DNA from: Candidatus Gastranaerophilales bacterium
GTDB taxonomy: Bacteria; Cyanobacteriota; Vampirovibrionia; Gastranaerophilales; Gastranaerophilaceae
Reading direction: 5' to 3'
Length of the DNA stretch: 64,000 bases
NCBI GenBank assembly: GCA_944323925.1
Contig: CALUUI010000003.1
Span: 129,988-193,987 of the forward strand
The notes under the pieces are model-generated. The model was not told the origin of the DNA, did not search any database, and saw only the letters and a program-made list of their open reading frames with translations. A program made the position numbers and the translations under genes. The stretch's first letter is position 1. Each line of letters begins with the position of its first letter. Positions 8,987 to 18,502 of the stretch are shown here, piece by piece.

Positions 8987-9588
8987 ATCAATTCTTCCCA
9001 TTTTTTATAGTTATAAAACGGGCAATGACCGCTTGATATTAGTTCATAATCTTTCCAGTAATTAAGTTGTGATTTTGTTGGAATAATTTTGTCATCATCG
9101 CTTATTATTACTCGTGTATATTGATAATCGGTATTAGCTTGGTATTGCTTTAGAGCCGTTAATTCCGACTTTTGATTTTCTATTGTTCTATTTGGAAAAA
9201 CGAAGTTTTCAGGCAATTTATCAAACATTTTCGTAATAAATTTTTTGCAAGAATCTTCGTTAAATCCTTTCTCCATAAGACTGTATATCTTAGGATTTAT
9301 ACCAAATTCAGCATTGATAGGGAAAAGAGTTCCGTTAATTGCGGTTGAAGTTTTCTGCCCACAATCATATAATGTGGCTACCATTACCCCCATTGACCAG
9401 CTGATTATATGAATTTGATTGTATTCTGATAAATCAGGTAATTCTGATAAGGTGTTATAATCATTTATTGCAAGAACATCATAATTAGTAGGGTCAAGAT
9501 GTTTTACAACTGTTTCATCCATACCCCAACCGTTAAAAAATATTATCAGTTTATTCTGATTTTTTTTATATAGCCAATTTAAGTTCAT
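8983..9588 (-). CDS. bioG: Pimeloyl-ACP methyl ester esterase BioG (DUF452)
   Basis: It contains LIIFFNGWGMD and the nucleophile elbow ISWSMGV, and it lies between bioF and bioC. Confidence 0.75.
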   Translation of the reverse strand: MNLNWLYKKNQNKLIIFFNGWGMDETVVKHLDPTNYDVLAINDYNTLSELPDLSEYNQIHIISWSMGVMVATLYDCGQKTSTAINGTLFPINAEFGINPKIYSLMEKGFNEDSCKKFITKMFDKLPENFVFPNRTIENQKSELTALKQYQANTDYQYTRVIISDDDKIIPTKSQLNYWKDYELISSGHCPFYNYKKWEELI

Positions 9589-10684
9589 CAAATATATTAT
9601 CCAATAATGGTTTAATATCTTCAAGGGTTGTTTCTGCGGTTAGAGAAATTCTTATTCTTGAGCTTCCTTCAGGAACGGTAGGAGGTCTTATCGGAAGTAC
9701 AAAGTAACCCAGACTTTGTAATTGTTCACAGACTCGTTCTGTTAGTTCGGTATCTTTTAATATGATAGGAATTATTTGTGTAACTGATGTTGTATTTATG
9801 TTTGATTGCTTTAAGTATAAATGCGTATCAGCTATGTTTTTAAACAATTTTGCCTTTTGCGCCATAATTAGTTCAGCTTTTTGGGTTAAAAGCCAATAAG
9901 TCCAAGCGATATTTATTGGAGGTATGGCTGTTGAAAAGATAAAAGAGCGTGATTTGTTAATAAGTTGAATAATAGTTTCTTCAGAAGCTGTTACAAAAGC
10001 ACCAAAAGAAGCAAGAGCTTTACCAAATGTTGCTGTAACAATATCAACATCAAGTCCTTTGCTTATTCCTCCGCCAAAATCATCATCTACTGCCATAAAT
10101 GCGTGTGCTTCATCTATCATTAATTTGCAGTTATATTTATTTTTTAATTCAACTAATTTCTTAATATCAGCGCAATCCCCATCCATAGAGAATACACTTT
10201 CTGATACAATTAGCGCATTTCTATAGTTGTTACGATGTTTTATAAGCAAATCTTCAAGATTTTCATAATCCAAATGGCGGTATCTGTAAAAGTCTCCGCT
10301 TGATAATCTCATTCCATCAATTATACTTGCGTGATTTAGTTTGTCAGAGAATACTACATCGCCTTTTTCGTTTAGAGCAGAGATTACTCCCAAATTACAC
10401 TGATAACCTGTGTTATATAATAAAGTTCTCTCTTTATTAAAAATTTGTGAGATTAATAATTCTAAGTCATTATATACGGTCTCTGTACCGCTTAAAAGTC
10501 TTGCAGATGCTGATGAAAAGAAATAGTTTTTCCCCGTTTCAAGAAACTCATCCACCAAATCTTTTTTTGTACTTAATCCTAAATAATCATTTGATGACAG
10601 GTTTATAAGATTCTTATCGTTGTAATTTATATATTTATCAAATCTGTAGTTTATGTTCTTTATCTCTCTTGGATATTTTTTCAT
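9566..10684 (-). CDS. bioF: 8-amino-7-oxononanoate synthase
   Basis: It is a class II aminotransferase fold with SSNDYLGL, DEAHA and the PLP lysine in TFGKALAS. Confidence 0.9.
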   Translation of the reverse strand: MKKYPREIKNINYRFDKYINYNDKNLINLSSNDYLGLSTKKDLVDEFLETGKNYFFSSASARLLSGTETVYNDLELLISQIFNKERTLLYNTGYQCNLGVISALNEKGDVVFSDKLNHASIIDGMRLSSGDFYRYRHLDYENLEDLLIKHRNNYRNALIVSESVFSMDGDCADIKKLVELKNKYNCKLMIDEAHAFMAVDDDFGGGISKGLDVDIVTATFGKALASFGAFVTASEETIIQLINKSRSFIFSTAIPPINIAWTYWLLTQKAELIMAQKAKLFKNIADTHLYLKQSNINTTSVTQIIPIILKDTELTERVCEQLQSLGYFVLPIRPPTVPEGSSRIRISLTAETTLEDIKPLLDNIFDELKLAI

Positions 10685-10794
10685 TATTTAACTCCAACTT
10701 CTCTATTAATTATCTTACAGGCATGATTAAAAAACAATTCTAAAAGAACGTAGAGAAAATAGATTTTTGAAAATAATTTTGCTAAAATAAAGGC

Positions 10795-12186
10795 ATGAGG
10801 ATTTGTTTTATACCAATAGATAATCGCCCTGTTTGCTGGCAGTTACCCTTAGATATTGCTTCTTGCAATTTGGATGTGGAATTTTATATTCCCCCAAGAG
10901 AATTGTTGGGAGGTTTAGTTAAGCCTGCAAATGTTGAAGGTATTTATAATTGGCTTCAATCCGTTCCGGTGGTTGACTATATGGTTGTATCGCTTGATAC
11001 AATTGCTTATGGCGGGCTTGTTTCGTCCAGAAGAACAAATAAAACTTATGAACAAATTGTTCAGAATTTGGAAAAATTTAAAAATATTTTTGAAAATAAA
11101 GCAGATAAAGTTTTTGCATTCTCAAGTATAATGAGGATTTCAAATAATAATATTAATATTGAGGAAAAAGAATATTGGTCCAAGTATGGCAAAAAAATTT
11201 TTGAATATTCTTACAATCGCTCAAAAACAGGGAGTGAAGTAAATAATAATGGAATTCCGACTGATATATTGTCTGATTATTTAAGCGGAAGGGAAAGAAA
11301 CTTTAAGATAAATAAATTGTATTTGGATTGGAAAAAATCAGGAATTTTTGATATTTTAATCTTTTCAAAAGATGATTGTGCTGAATATGGTTTAAACGTT
11401 GATGAGGCAAATCTTTTATATTCTTTGGGCGGGGATGTAATGACTGGTGCTGATGAAATCCCGCTTACGCTTCTTGCACGAACTCTTGAGGAGAAAATTT
11501 CTGTTTGTCCTGTTTTTACGGAAGAAAATTCAAAAAATCTTATATCAAATTATGAAGATATATCAGTGGAGCAATCTGTATTAAGACAGGCAGAGCTTGC
11601 AGGGTATGAATTGAAACCATATAATGAGGCTGATTTAATATTGGTTGTAAATAACTTCAAAAAAAATCAGGGTGAGATAGTAATGAAGGTTGATACAGAA
11701 CCATACAGCGGAGAGTTTGTTACACCTAATAAACCATATTTTGTGGCAGATGTAAGATTTGCAAACGGTTCTGATAATGAGTTTGTAAAATCGATGTTTA
11801 AAAACGGTAGGGATAATAATTTTATAGGTTATGCAGCTTGGAATACTACGGCTAATACTGTTGGAAGTTTGCTTTGCTTGGTTAAATTTGTGTATTTGGC
11901 AAAAAGATTAAACCCCAAGACCTATGAAAATTTATTGGCAACAAGGTTTATAGATGATTGGGCGTATCAGGCAAATGTGCGTCAACAATGTCAAGAGGTT
12001 AAGGATATTTCGGGATTGATGCTTCCTTATATCAAGCAAATTGAAAAATATCTTGGACAAAGTGGCTTAGAATGCTCGTTTTCTTTTCCTTGGGATAGAT
12101 TGTTTGAGGTAGAAGTTAGTATAAAATCAGGTGATAGGCATGGGTATAGCAGAAATTATACTTTTAACAATAGCTCTCTCGATTGA
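10795..12186 (+). CDS. DUF4127-family protein
   Basis: The N-terminus MRICFIPIDNRPVC and the overall length (~460 aa) resemble DUF4127 proteins. The function is unknown. Confidence 0.6.
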   Translation: MRICFIPIDNRPVCWQLPLDIASCNLDVEFYIPPRELLGGLVKPANVEGIYNWLQSVPVVDYMVVSLDTIAYGGLVSSRRTNKTYEQIVQNLEKFKNIFENKADKVFAFSSIMRISNNNINIEEKEYWSKYGKKIFEYSYNRSKTGSEVNNNGIPTDILSDYLSGRERNFKINKLYLDWKKSGIFDILIFSKDDCAEYGLNVDEANLLYSLGGDVMTGADEIPLTLLARTLEEKISVCPVFTEENSKNLISNYEDISVEQSVLRQAELAGYELKPYNEADLILVVNNFKKNQGEIVMKVDTEPYSGEFVTPNKPYFVADVRFANGSDNEFVKSMFKNGRDNNFIGYAAWNTTANTVGSLLCLVKFVYLAKRLNPKTYENLLATRFIDDWAYQANVRQQCQEVKDISGLMLPYIKQIEKYLGQSGLECSFSFPWDRLFEVEVSIKSGDRHGYSRNYTFNNSSLD

Positions 12187-12685
12187 TGCGTGTGTTGTAT
12201 CTTTTTCTTATGGGTTGGTGATAGAGAATAAGAAAAGGTTAAGTTCTTTCTTACTGGCTCTGTTTACAGGATTTTTCCAATTCTTAATGCCTGTTTTAGG
12301 ATTCTATTTTGCAAATATTTTACAAAAATATATTCAGTCTTACGCTAACATAATTGTATTTATAATTTTTGGATATTTAGGTTTCAAATTCATAAAAGAA
12401 GCATTCCAAAAAGAAAAAGAAACTCCAAAATGCCTTGGATTATCGTGTTTGTTTTTAATAGCAATAGCAACAAGTATAGATGCGTTTTCTGCAGGAATAT
12501 CCCTGATGTTATGCGGAAATAAAATAATATTGCCCTCAATTCTTATAGGTTGTGTTACTTTTTGTTTTTCACTGTTTGGATTTTGGGGCGGTTATATCCT
12601 AAAGAAATTCCCAACCTTTTATCTTGAAATTTCAGCAGGTGTGATTTTAATTTCCTTGGGGGTAAAAGCCCTGATTTTTAACTGA
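12140..12685 (+). CDS. mntP: Manganese efflux pump MntP
   Basis: It has six TM segments with the duplicated SIDA motif (LSIDACVVSF and TSIDAFSAGIS). ATG 12140 overlaps the end of the upstream ORF. Confidence 0.85.
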   Translation: MGIAEIILLTIALSIDACVVSFSYGLVIENKKRLSSFLLALFTGFFQFLMPVLGFYFANILQKYIQSYANIIVFIIFGYLGFKFIKEAFQKEKETPKCLGLSCLFLIAIATSIDAFSAGISLMLCGNKIILPSILIGCVTFCFSLFGFWGGYILKKFPTFYLEISAGVILISLGVKALIFN

Positions 12686-12723
12686 TGAAATATCTGAAAT
12701 ACTTTTCAAAACTTAAAAATGAG

Positions 12724-12752
12724 TTGACAATAAGGCATGTGCGGTGTTTAAT
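12724..12752 (+). promoter_or_regulatory. Candidate sigma-70 promoter for rpsL-rpsG
   Basis: TTGACA (12724-12729), a 17-nt spacer, then TTTAAT (12747-12752). This would give a leader of about 205 nt. Confidence 0.35.
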
Positions 12753-12966
12753 CATGGTAACACCTTAGTCGAAATTTTCTTGCCGGATTTGACGGCTCAA
12801 GGGGGGCAAATGAGTCCCGAAAATGTTTTCCAGTCGAAAGAATTTTAGAAGTAGCAAAGATTAAAATTTAATTGATTAGCGGTTTTAAGATTGAATTTTG
12901 ACGGAAGTGCTGAACAAACAGGGAACATTGCTTAGAAGTAAATAGAAAAGGTAAAAAGGAGAAATT

Positions 12967-13344
12967 ATGCCTACAATTAACCAGCTTGTACGTTCAGAAC
13001 GTAAAAAGCTAACAGACAAAACCAAATCGCCGGCTCTTATGGAATGTCCACAAAGACGCGGCGTATGTACAAGGGTGTACACAACAACACCTAAAAAACC
13101 AAACTCAGCATTGAGAAAGGTTGCCAGAGTCAGATTAACAAACGGATTTGAAGTAACTTCTTATATCCCTGGTATCGGACACAACTTACAAGAACACAGT
13201 GTTGTTTTAATCAGAGGCGGTAGGGTTAAAGACCTTCCGGGTGTTAGATATCACATCGTTAGAGGCACACTTGATACTGCAGGTGTTGCTAACAGAACAC
13301 AAAGCCGTTCTAAATACGGTGCTAAAAAGGGAGGTAAGAAATAA
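12967..13344 (+). CDS. rpsL: 30S ribosomal protein S12
   Basis: It begins MPTINQLVR and contains [19 protein letters not shown]. An RBS AAAGGAG is present. Confidence 0.98.
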   Translation: MPTINQLVRSERKKLTDKTKSPALMECPQRRGVCTRVYTTTPKKPNSALRKVARVRLTNGFEVTSYIPGIGHNLQEHSVVLIRGGRVKDLPGVRYHIVRGTLDTAGVANRTQSRSKYGAKKGGKK

Positions 13345-13814
13345 TGTCAAGACGTTCTAAACCTGAAAGACGTATCCCGGCAGCGGATCCTATTTATAAT
13401 AATATTGACGTTTCTAAATTTATTAACAGAATTATGAGACGTGGTAAAAAGTCATTAGCTGAAAAAATCTTCTACGGTACTCTTCAACAAATTCAAGAAA
13501 GAACTAATGAAAATGCTTTAGAAATTTTCCAAAAAGCACTTACTAATGCAACTCCGTTATTGGAAGTAAAAGCAAGACGTATTGGTGGTTCTACTTATCA
13601 AGTACCTATTGAAGTTAAGGCTGACAGAGGATTTGCTTTGGCATCTTCTTGGATTATTACTGCAGCTAAGGCAAGAAGCGGTAAATCTTTTAAAGATAAA
13701 CTTACTCTTGAACTTATCGATGCTTCAAACGGTATCGGCGCTGCTTGTAAAAAACGTGAAGATACCCACAAAATGGCTGAAGCTAACAAGGCTTTTGCTC
13801 ATTACAGATACTAA
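13344..13814 (+). CDS. rpsG: 30S ribosomal protein S7
   Basis: It begins [10 protein letters not shown], contains GGSTYQVPIEV, and ends AFAHYRY. Its start overlaps the rpsL stop. Confidence 0.98.
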   Translation: MSRRSKPERRIPAADPIYNNIDVSKFINRIMRRGKKSLAEKIFYGTLQQIQERTNENALEIFQKALTNATPLLEVKARRIGGSTYQVPIEVKADRGFALASSWIITAAKARSGKSFKDKLTLELIDASNGIGAACKKREDTHKMAEANKAFAHYRY

Positions 13815-13843
13815 TTTTAAGGTATATATTATAAGGAGTATAG

Positions 13844-13875
13844 GAGCGGTAGAGATTTTTCTCTTACCGCTTTTA
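13844..13875 (+). terminator. Intrinsic terminator after rpsG
   Basis: GAGCGGTAGAG pairs with CTCTTACCGC (one bulge), followed by TTTT. Confidence 0.7.
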
Positions 13876-14100
13876 TCTTTTTATTGCTTTTATGAGGGGC
13901 AAAACCGTTTACGCTAAGCGATTTTTTTCAAGCAATTATGAATTTTTTTTAACAAAATTATTGTAAAAATTTTTTAGAAATTAATAAGAGTAGCTATTAC
14001 AGTAATATGTATGTTTATAGCATTTTGTAATTTTTTTTTGTAAATATTTAAGCATGAATTAAGATTTTTGCTATACATATCAAGTGTTTTGGAGTATACT

Positions 14101-14182
14101 TTACTTATATTTTTGGAGTTAATATAAGTATTCCAATTAAGAGGAGATTTTGAGCGGTAGTGGTAACATTACCGTTTTTTTT
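14101..14182 (+). ncRNA. Candidate small RNA (5-prime hairpin, single-stranded AAGAGGAG stretch, intrinsic terminator)
   Basis: There is a 10-bp hairpin at 14102-14130. A terminator follows: CGGTAGT (14155-14161) pairs with ATTACCG (14168-14174), then T8 (14175-14182). No + strand ORF lies upstream of it. A possible -10 TATACT sits at 14095-14100. Confidence 0.3.
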
Positions 14183-14196
14183 ATGTGTTTAACTAA

Positions 14197-14234
14197 AATA
14201 AAAAGCTCTCAATATAATTTGAGAGCTTTTATTT
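14197..14234. terminator. Bidirectional terminator at the gyrA 3-prime end
   Basis: AAAAGCTCTCAA pairs with TTGAGAGCTTTT, centred near 14215. Confidence 0.7.
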
Positions 14235-14250
14235 TATTCAATTTATCTTT

Positions 14251-16782
14251 TTATTCTTCTAATAAAGAGCCTTGAGAAACATCATCAGAAGTATTCTCAA
14301 CAGCCGGAGTATCTCCCTCGTCGCTATCTGTATTTACAATTTTATTACAAGAAACGACGGTGTCATTATCAGAAAGATTTTGTGCTTTAACACCTGTTGC
14401 CGGTCTGCCTTGGCAAGAAATATCTTGAGCCTTAATTCTTGAAACAACACCATTAGCTGTTACAATCATTATTTCGTCTTTTGCGTCAACAATTGTTAGT
14501 GCAACAAGTCTTGATGTACTTGATTTAAACTTAGTTGCGATTAAACCAATACCACCTCTGTTTTGTGTTCTAAATTCAGAGATTTTGGTTCTCTTTCCAA
14601 AACCGTCAGAGGTAACAACAAGTAAATCACCGTCTTTATCTCTTGGAACAATGTCACATCCTATAATGGTATCACCAACTCTTAATTTCATTGAGTTAAC
14701 ACCTCTTGCACTTCTTCCAAGTGGTCTTAAATCTTCAATCGGGAATCTTATTGCCATACCACAAGAAGTACCGATTATGATTTCATCATTTGGTTTAGAT
14801 AACTTAACCCAGTTAAGGATATCGTCTTCTTCCAATCCGATAGCAATAATACCGCTGCGTCTAATGTTTGCAAAGTTGTCTAATTCAATTCTCTTAATAT
14901 AACCTTTCTTTGTAAGCATGATAAGGTTAGTATCGTGAGAGAAGTTGCTAACAGGAACAACAGCAGTAATCTTTTCATCTTGAGAGATAGGAAGAACATT
15001 TACAATCGGAAGTCCTTTTGCTTGGCGGCCACCTTCAGGGAAGTCGTAAACATTTAAGCTGTAGCAAACACCCTTAGAGCTGAAGAATAGAACTTTATCG
15101 TGCATCATAGCAGTGAAGAAATGTTGAATGTCGTCATCTTCTTTTGTTTTTATTCCGCTCTTTCCTCTGGTTGCTCTGTTTTGACGCTCAAATGTATCAA
15201 GAGAAATTCTCTTTAAGTAGCCTTGGTGAGTAATAAATACTGCCATTGGTACGTTTGGTGTCAAATCCTCAATAGTTACTTCATCTAATTCAGGAACTAT
15301 TTGAGTTTTTCTATCATCACCATATTTCTCTTTGTCTTCAAGAAGTTCGCTCTTGATGATATTTAAAACTTTTTGTCTGTTAGCAAGAATGTCTTCGTAT
15401 TCAGCAATCTTTTTAATTAATTCGTCATATTCATTCTTGATTTTGTCTTGTTCTAAGCCTGTCAAACGTCTTAATTGCATTTCTAAGATTGCATTTGCTT
15501 GGTCGGCATCAAGTCCAAATCTGCTCATCAAACCAACTCTTGCATCATCAGTAGTTTTGGATTTCTTAATAAGTTCAATAACTTCATCTAAAGAACCTAA
15601 AGCGATTAATAAGCCTGCAAGTATGTGAGCTCTGATTTTTGCTTTCTTTAAGAAATAAATAGTTCTTCTTGTGACAATTTCTACTCTGTGTTCAACAAAT
15701 TCATTTAAAACATCGTATAAATTCATTAATCTTGGCTGCTTACCGCATAGTGCAAGCATGTTAAAACCAAAAGTAGTAGAAAGTTGAGTATATTTGAATA
15801 AGTTATTTTTAACTACATCTGGCTTAGCATCACGCTTAAGTTCAATAACAATTCTCATACCGTCTCTGTCTGATTCATCACGAAGGTCAGAGATACCGTT
15901 GATTTTTTGTTCTTTAACAAGCTCAGCAATTTTTTCAATAAGTTGAGCCTTGTTAACCTGATAAGGGATTTCAGTAACAATGATGGCAGTTCTTGCTTGT
16001 CTGCCGCCGCCACCCGGGATTTCTTCAATGGTTGCAACAGCTCTCATCTTTATAGAGCCTCTGCCTGTTTCGTATGCTTGTTTAATGTCACCTAAGCCAA
16101 CAATTGTCGCAGCGGTCGGAAAATCAGGACCTTTAATATATTCCATTAATTCAGAAACAGTAATATTAGGATTATCAATAAGTGCAATCGTTCCATCAAC
16201 TATTTCACATAAGTTGTGAGGCGGAATATTTGTAGCCATACCAACAGCAATACCTGAAACTCCGTTTAAAAGTAACATAGGAAGTCTTACAGGCAGTACA
16301 GAAGGTTCTTCTAATGAACCATCAAAGTTTGGTACAAAATCAACTGTTTCGCAGTCAATATCTGCAAGCATAGAAGTAGTGATTTTATGCATTCTTGCTT
16401 CTGTATAACGCATTGCAGCAGCCCCGTCACCATCGACTGAACCAAAGTTTCCGTGACCGTCGACTGTCAGGTATCTTGTTGAAAAATCTTGCGCCATACG
16501 AACAAGTGATTCATATACGGCTGTATCACCGTGTGGGTGGTATTTACCTAATACTTCACCTACTATACGGGCACATTTCTTAAATGGTTTATCAGGGGTC
16601 ATGCCAAGCTCATTCATTGCAAATAGTATTCTTCTATGAACAGGCTTTAATCCATCCCTTACATCCGGTAACGCTCTACCTACGATTACACTCATTGCGT
16701 AATCTATATATGAACGCTTCATTTCTTCTCTTATATTTACAGGAACTATTTTCCCGTCCGAAAACATATTTTGCTGGCTCAA
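14251..16782 (-). CDS. gyrA: DNA gyrase subunit A
   Basis: It has [11 protein letters not shown], the active-site AAMRYTE, the GyrA-box/beta-pinwheel C-terminal domain and an acidic tail. The start is placed at TTG 16782, 4-5 nt after AAGGAGG. The track start at 16803 and an ATG at 16770 are alternatives. Confidence 0.96.
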   Translation of the reverse strand: MSQQNMFSDGKIVPVNIREEMKRSYIDYAMSVIVGRALPDVRDGLKPVHRRILFAMNELGMTPDKPFKKCARIVGEVLGKYHPHGDTAVYESLVRMAQDFSTRYLTVDGHGNFGSVDGDGAAAMRYTEARMHKITTSMLADIDCETVDFVPNFDGSLEEPSVLPVRLPMLLLNGVSGIAVGMATNIPPHNLCEIVDGTIALIDNPNITVSELMEYIKGPDFPTAATIVGLGDIKQAYETGRGSIKMRAVATIEEIPGGGGRQARTAIIVTEIPYQVNKAQLIEKIAELVKEQKINGISDLRDESDRDGMRIVIELKRDAKPDVVKNNLFKYTQLSTTFGFNMLALCGKQPRLMNLYDVLNEFVEHRVEIVTRRTIYFLKKAKIRAHILAGLLIALGSLDEVIELIKKSKTTDDARVGLMSRFGLDADQANAILEMQLRRLTGLEQDKIKNEYDELIKKIAEYEDILANRQKVLNIIKSELLEDKEKYGDDRKTQIVPELDEVTIEDLTPNVPMAVFITHQGYLKRISLDTFERQNRATRGKSGIKTKEDDDIQHFFTAMMHDKVLFFSSKGVCYSLNVYDFPEGGRQAKGLPIVNVLPISQDEKITAVVPVSNFSHDTNLIMLTKKGYIKRIELDNFANIRRSGIIAIGLEEDDILNWVKLSKPNDEIIIGTSCGMAIRFPIEDLRPLGRSARGVNSMKLRVGDTIIGCDIVPRDKDGDLLVVTSDGFGKRTKISEFRTQNRGGIGLIATKFKSSTSRLVALTIVDAKDEIMIVTANGVVSRIKAQDISCQGRPATGVKAQNLSDNDTVVSCNKIVNTDSDEGDTPAVENTSDDVSQGSLLEE

Positions 16783-16812
16783 AACTTCCTCCTTATATCC
16801 CAATTTATCTTA

Positions 16813-16821
16813 ATTGTATCA
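16813..16821 (-). promoter_or_regulatory. Candidate extended -10 promoter of gyrA (TGaTACAAT on the minus strand)
   Basis: The minus-strand sequence TGATACAAT lies directly after the T-run of the upstream terminator, about 30 nt before the gyrA start. Confidence 0.3.
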
Positions 16822-16822
16822 C

Positions 16823-16863
16823 AAAAAAACGCACTGTAAAGCAAACATAACCTTTACAATGCG
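16823..16863 (-). terminator. Intrinsic terminator (second of a tandem pair) upstream of gyrA
   Basis: A 12-bp stem with one mismatch (16830-16841 / 16852-16863) is followed by T7 on the minus strand (A-run 16823-16829). Confidence 0.55.
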
Positions 16864-16890
16864 TTATATTTGTATTTGGGTAAATGCGTC

Positions 16891-16918
16891 AAAAACAGCT
16901 GTATTTATATTACAGCTG
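16891..16918 (-). terminator. Intrinsic terminator of the small YjfB-like gene
   Basis: CAGCTGTA (16896-16903) pairs with TACAGCTG (16911-16918), followed by T5 on the minus strand. Confidence 0.65.
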
Positions 16919-16941
16919 GATATTTTTGAGCCATATAATAT

Positions 16942-17115
16942 TTATTGGTTTGCTTCTGCTTGATACTTGTTTAATGCTTCAGCTGATATTTGAGCAACAT
17001 CTTCTATTATATTGCCTGCTACAGCCATACTTTCTTGTGTTGCCTTAAAGCATTTTACAGCAAACATTGTTTGTATTAACGACGGGTCTAAACTGCTTAC
17101 TTCACTTATATCCAT
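16942..17115 (-). CDS. Small 57-aa protein, YjfB-like (putative motility protein family); absent from the ORF track
   Basis: The ORF runs from ATG 17115 to TAA 16942-16944, with an RBS GAGGAAG 5 nt upstream. The translation is MDISEVSSLDPSLIQTMFAVKCFKATQESMAVAGNIIEDVAQISAEALNKYQAEANQ. Its own terminators lie downstream. Confidence 0.5.
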   Translation of the reverse strand: MDISEVSSLDPSLIQTMFAVKCFKATQESMAVAGNIIEDVAQISAEALNKYQAEANQ

Positions 17116-17332
17116 AGAAACTTCCTCTTCGTGATAGGGATACTATTATTATAGCATTTTTTATATCCTTTTCAATATATTTATTAAATATTATGTAGAT
17201 ATTGTAATATTTATGTTAATGGATTCAATATGTAAAATTCTTGTATTTGTTGATTTTAATGCTTGTTGACAAAAAAATTTAAACAAATTAATATTAAGAA
17301 AGATTAAGAAAACAACTTGGGGTTAGAGAGCG

Positions 17333-18502
17333 ATGGGTTTAAAAATAAGTAGAAAACAAGCTGCTGTTATTATAATTTTGATAATAGTGGTACCGATTTT
17401 ATATAACAAGATATGGGGCGCAATATCGGGTTTTATACAAAAGCAGGCACTGTTGGCACCAAAAGAGGTCGTAGTTGATAATCCTCATATAGAAGAGGTG
17501 AATGTAACGGCAGAGGCGACGGGCAGAGTTGAGGCAAAGTATTCAGTTGATGTAGTAGCAAGGGTTTCTGGTTTTCTAATTAAAAAGTATTTTAAAGAAG
17601 GGGATTTTGTAAAAAAAGGTCAGTTATTATTTCAAATTGACCCAAGAGAGTATCAAATTGAGGTAAATAATGCAAAAGCATCTGTTAATCAGTATAATGC
17701 TTTATTAGTGAACGCTCAACAGGAGTTAAACAGGGCTAATGCGCTTATAAAAGAGGATTTGATAAGTCGTTCGGATGTTGATCAAAGTTTGGCTAACCGA
17801 AATCAAAACAAGGCATTATTGGATGCTGCAAAGCAACAATATGAACTCGCGAGGGTAAATTTAGGATATACATCAATAAAATCACCAATAGACGGGCGTA
17901 TTGGTAAGGTTAATATTACGGAAGGTAATTATGTAACGGCGACTTCCGGTTCGCTTGTTAATATTGCAAGTGTTAATCCTGTTTATGTATCATTTAGCTT
18001 AAAAACGGATGAATTTGTCCAATTGTTAAAGGCCAGTGATAGATTTAAAGATGTTGAAGTCAGGGTTCAATTTGGTGGTGACGGAAGCTGGTATGATAAA
18101 GTTGGCACAATAGATTTTGTCGATAACAAAATTGATAAGGATTCCGGTTCTGTTACAATGCGTGCGGTATTTGATAATTCGAGGTACTGGTTGGTTCCAG
18201 GGGCTTATATGAAGGTTAAACTTGTTGCGGCACAAAAGGTAAAATATACTACCGTTCCTCAATCTTGTACAAAAGGTGATGCAATGAGTGGATATTATGT
18301 TTGGGCAGTTGAGGATGGAAAAGCCGTTAGAAAAGATATTAAAGTGTCGGATGTTATAAATAATAACTGGATCATTGAGGATGGTTTGTCATTATCTGAT
18401 GTTATTGTAGTGTCGGGTATTCAAAGTATTGCTGTTGAGGGGCAAAAACTTAAGACGGTTAATAACGCTGATTATCAAGCTAAAATTGCAGGAAAGAATT
18501 AA
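17333..18502 (+). CDS. RND efflux periplasmic adaptor (membrane fusion protein)
   Basis: It has an N-terminal anchor, a lipoyl/hairpin pattern (GQLLFQIDPREYQ...ARVNLGYTSIKSPIDGRIG) and a beta-barrel C-terminus. Confidence 0.9.
   Translation: MGLKISRKQAAVIIILIIVVPILYNKIWGAISGFIQKQALLAPKEVVVDNPHIEEVNVTAEATGRVEAKYSVDVVARVSGFLIKKYFKEGDFVKKGQLLFQIDPREYQIEVNNAKASVNQYNALLVNAQQELNRANALIKEDLISRSDVDQSLANRNQNKALLDAAKQQYELARVNLGYTSIKSPIDGRIGKVNITEGNYVTATSGSLVNIASVNPVYVSFSLKTDEFVQLLKASDRFKDVEVRVQFGGDGSWYDKVGTIDFVDNKIDKDSGSVTMRAVFDNSRYWLVPGAYMKVKLVAAQKVKYTTVPQSCTKGDAMSGYYVWAVEDGKAVRKDIKVSDVINNNWIIEDGLSLSDVIVVSGIQSIAVEGQKLKTVNNADYQAKIAGKN

Noticed and set aside
10685-10794. I looked for a BirA operator in the bioF divergent promoter.
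   Set aside because: No TGTAAACC/GGTTTACA-type or other convincing inverted repeat was found.
12000-12140. I looked for a yybP-ykoY manganese riboswitch in front of mntP.
   Set aside because: mntP overlaps the end of the upstream DUF4127 ORF, and the preceding 140 nt lack the conserved GGGGAGTAG / GAGAC elements.
12885-13082. A 65-aa minus-strand ORF overlaps the rpsL start.
   Set aside because: It is antisense to the rpsL leader and coding region and has no supporting signals.
14141-14290. A 41-aa ORF with a TTG start follows the AAGAGGAG sequence in the rpsG-gyrA spacer.
   Set aside because: It reads through a terminator hairpin and T8 run into the gyrA 3-prime end, and the peptide is low complexity. 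The SD-like stretch fits better as part of a small RNA.
17185-17213. A 9-bp inverted repeat (TAAATATTA N11 TAATATTTA) upstream of the RND operon could be a regulator operator.
   Set aside because: It is pure A/T in a very AT-rich spacer, no cognate TetR/MarR gene is adjacent, and it is likely chance.
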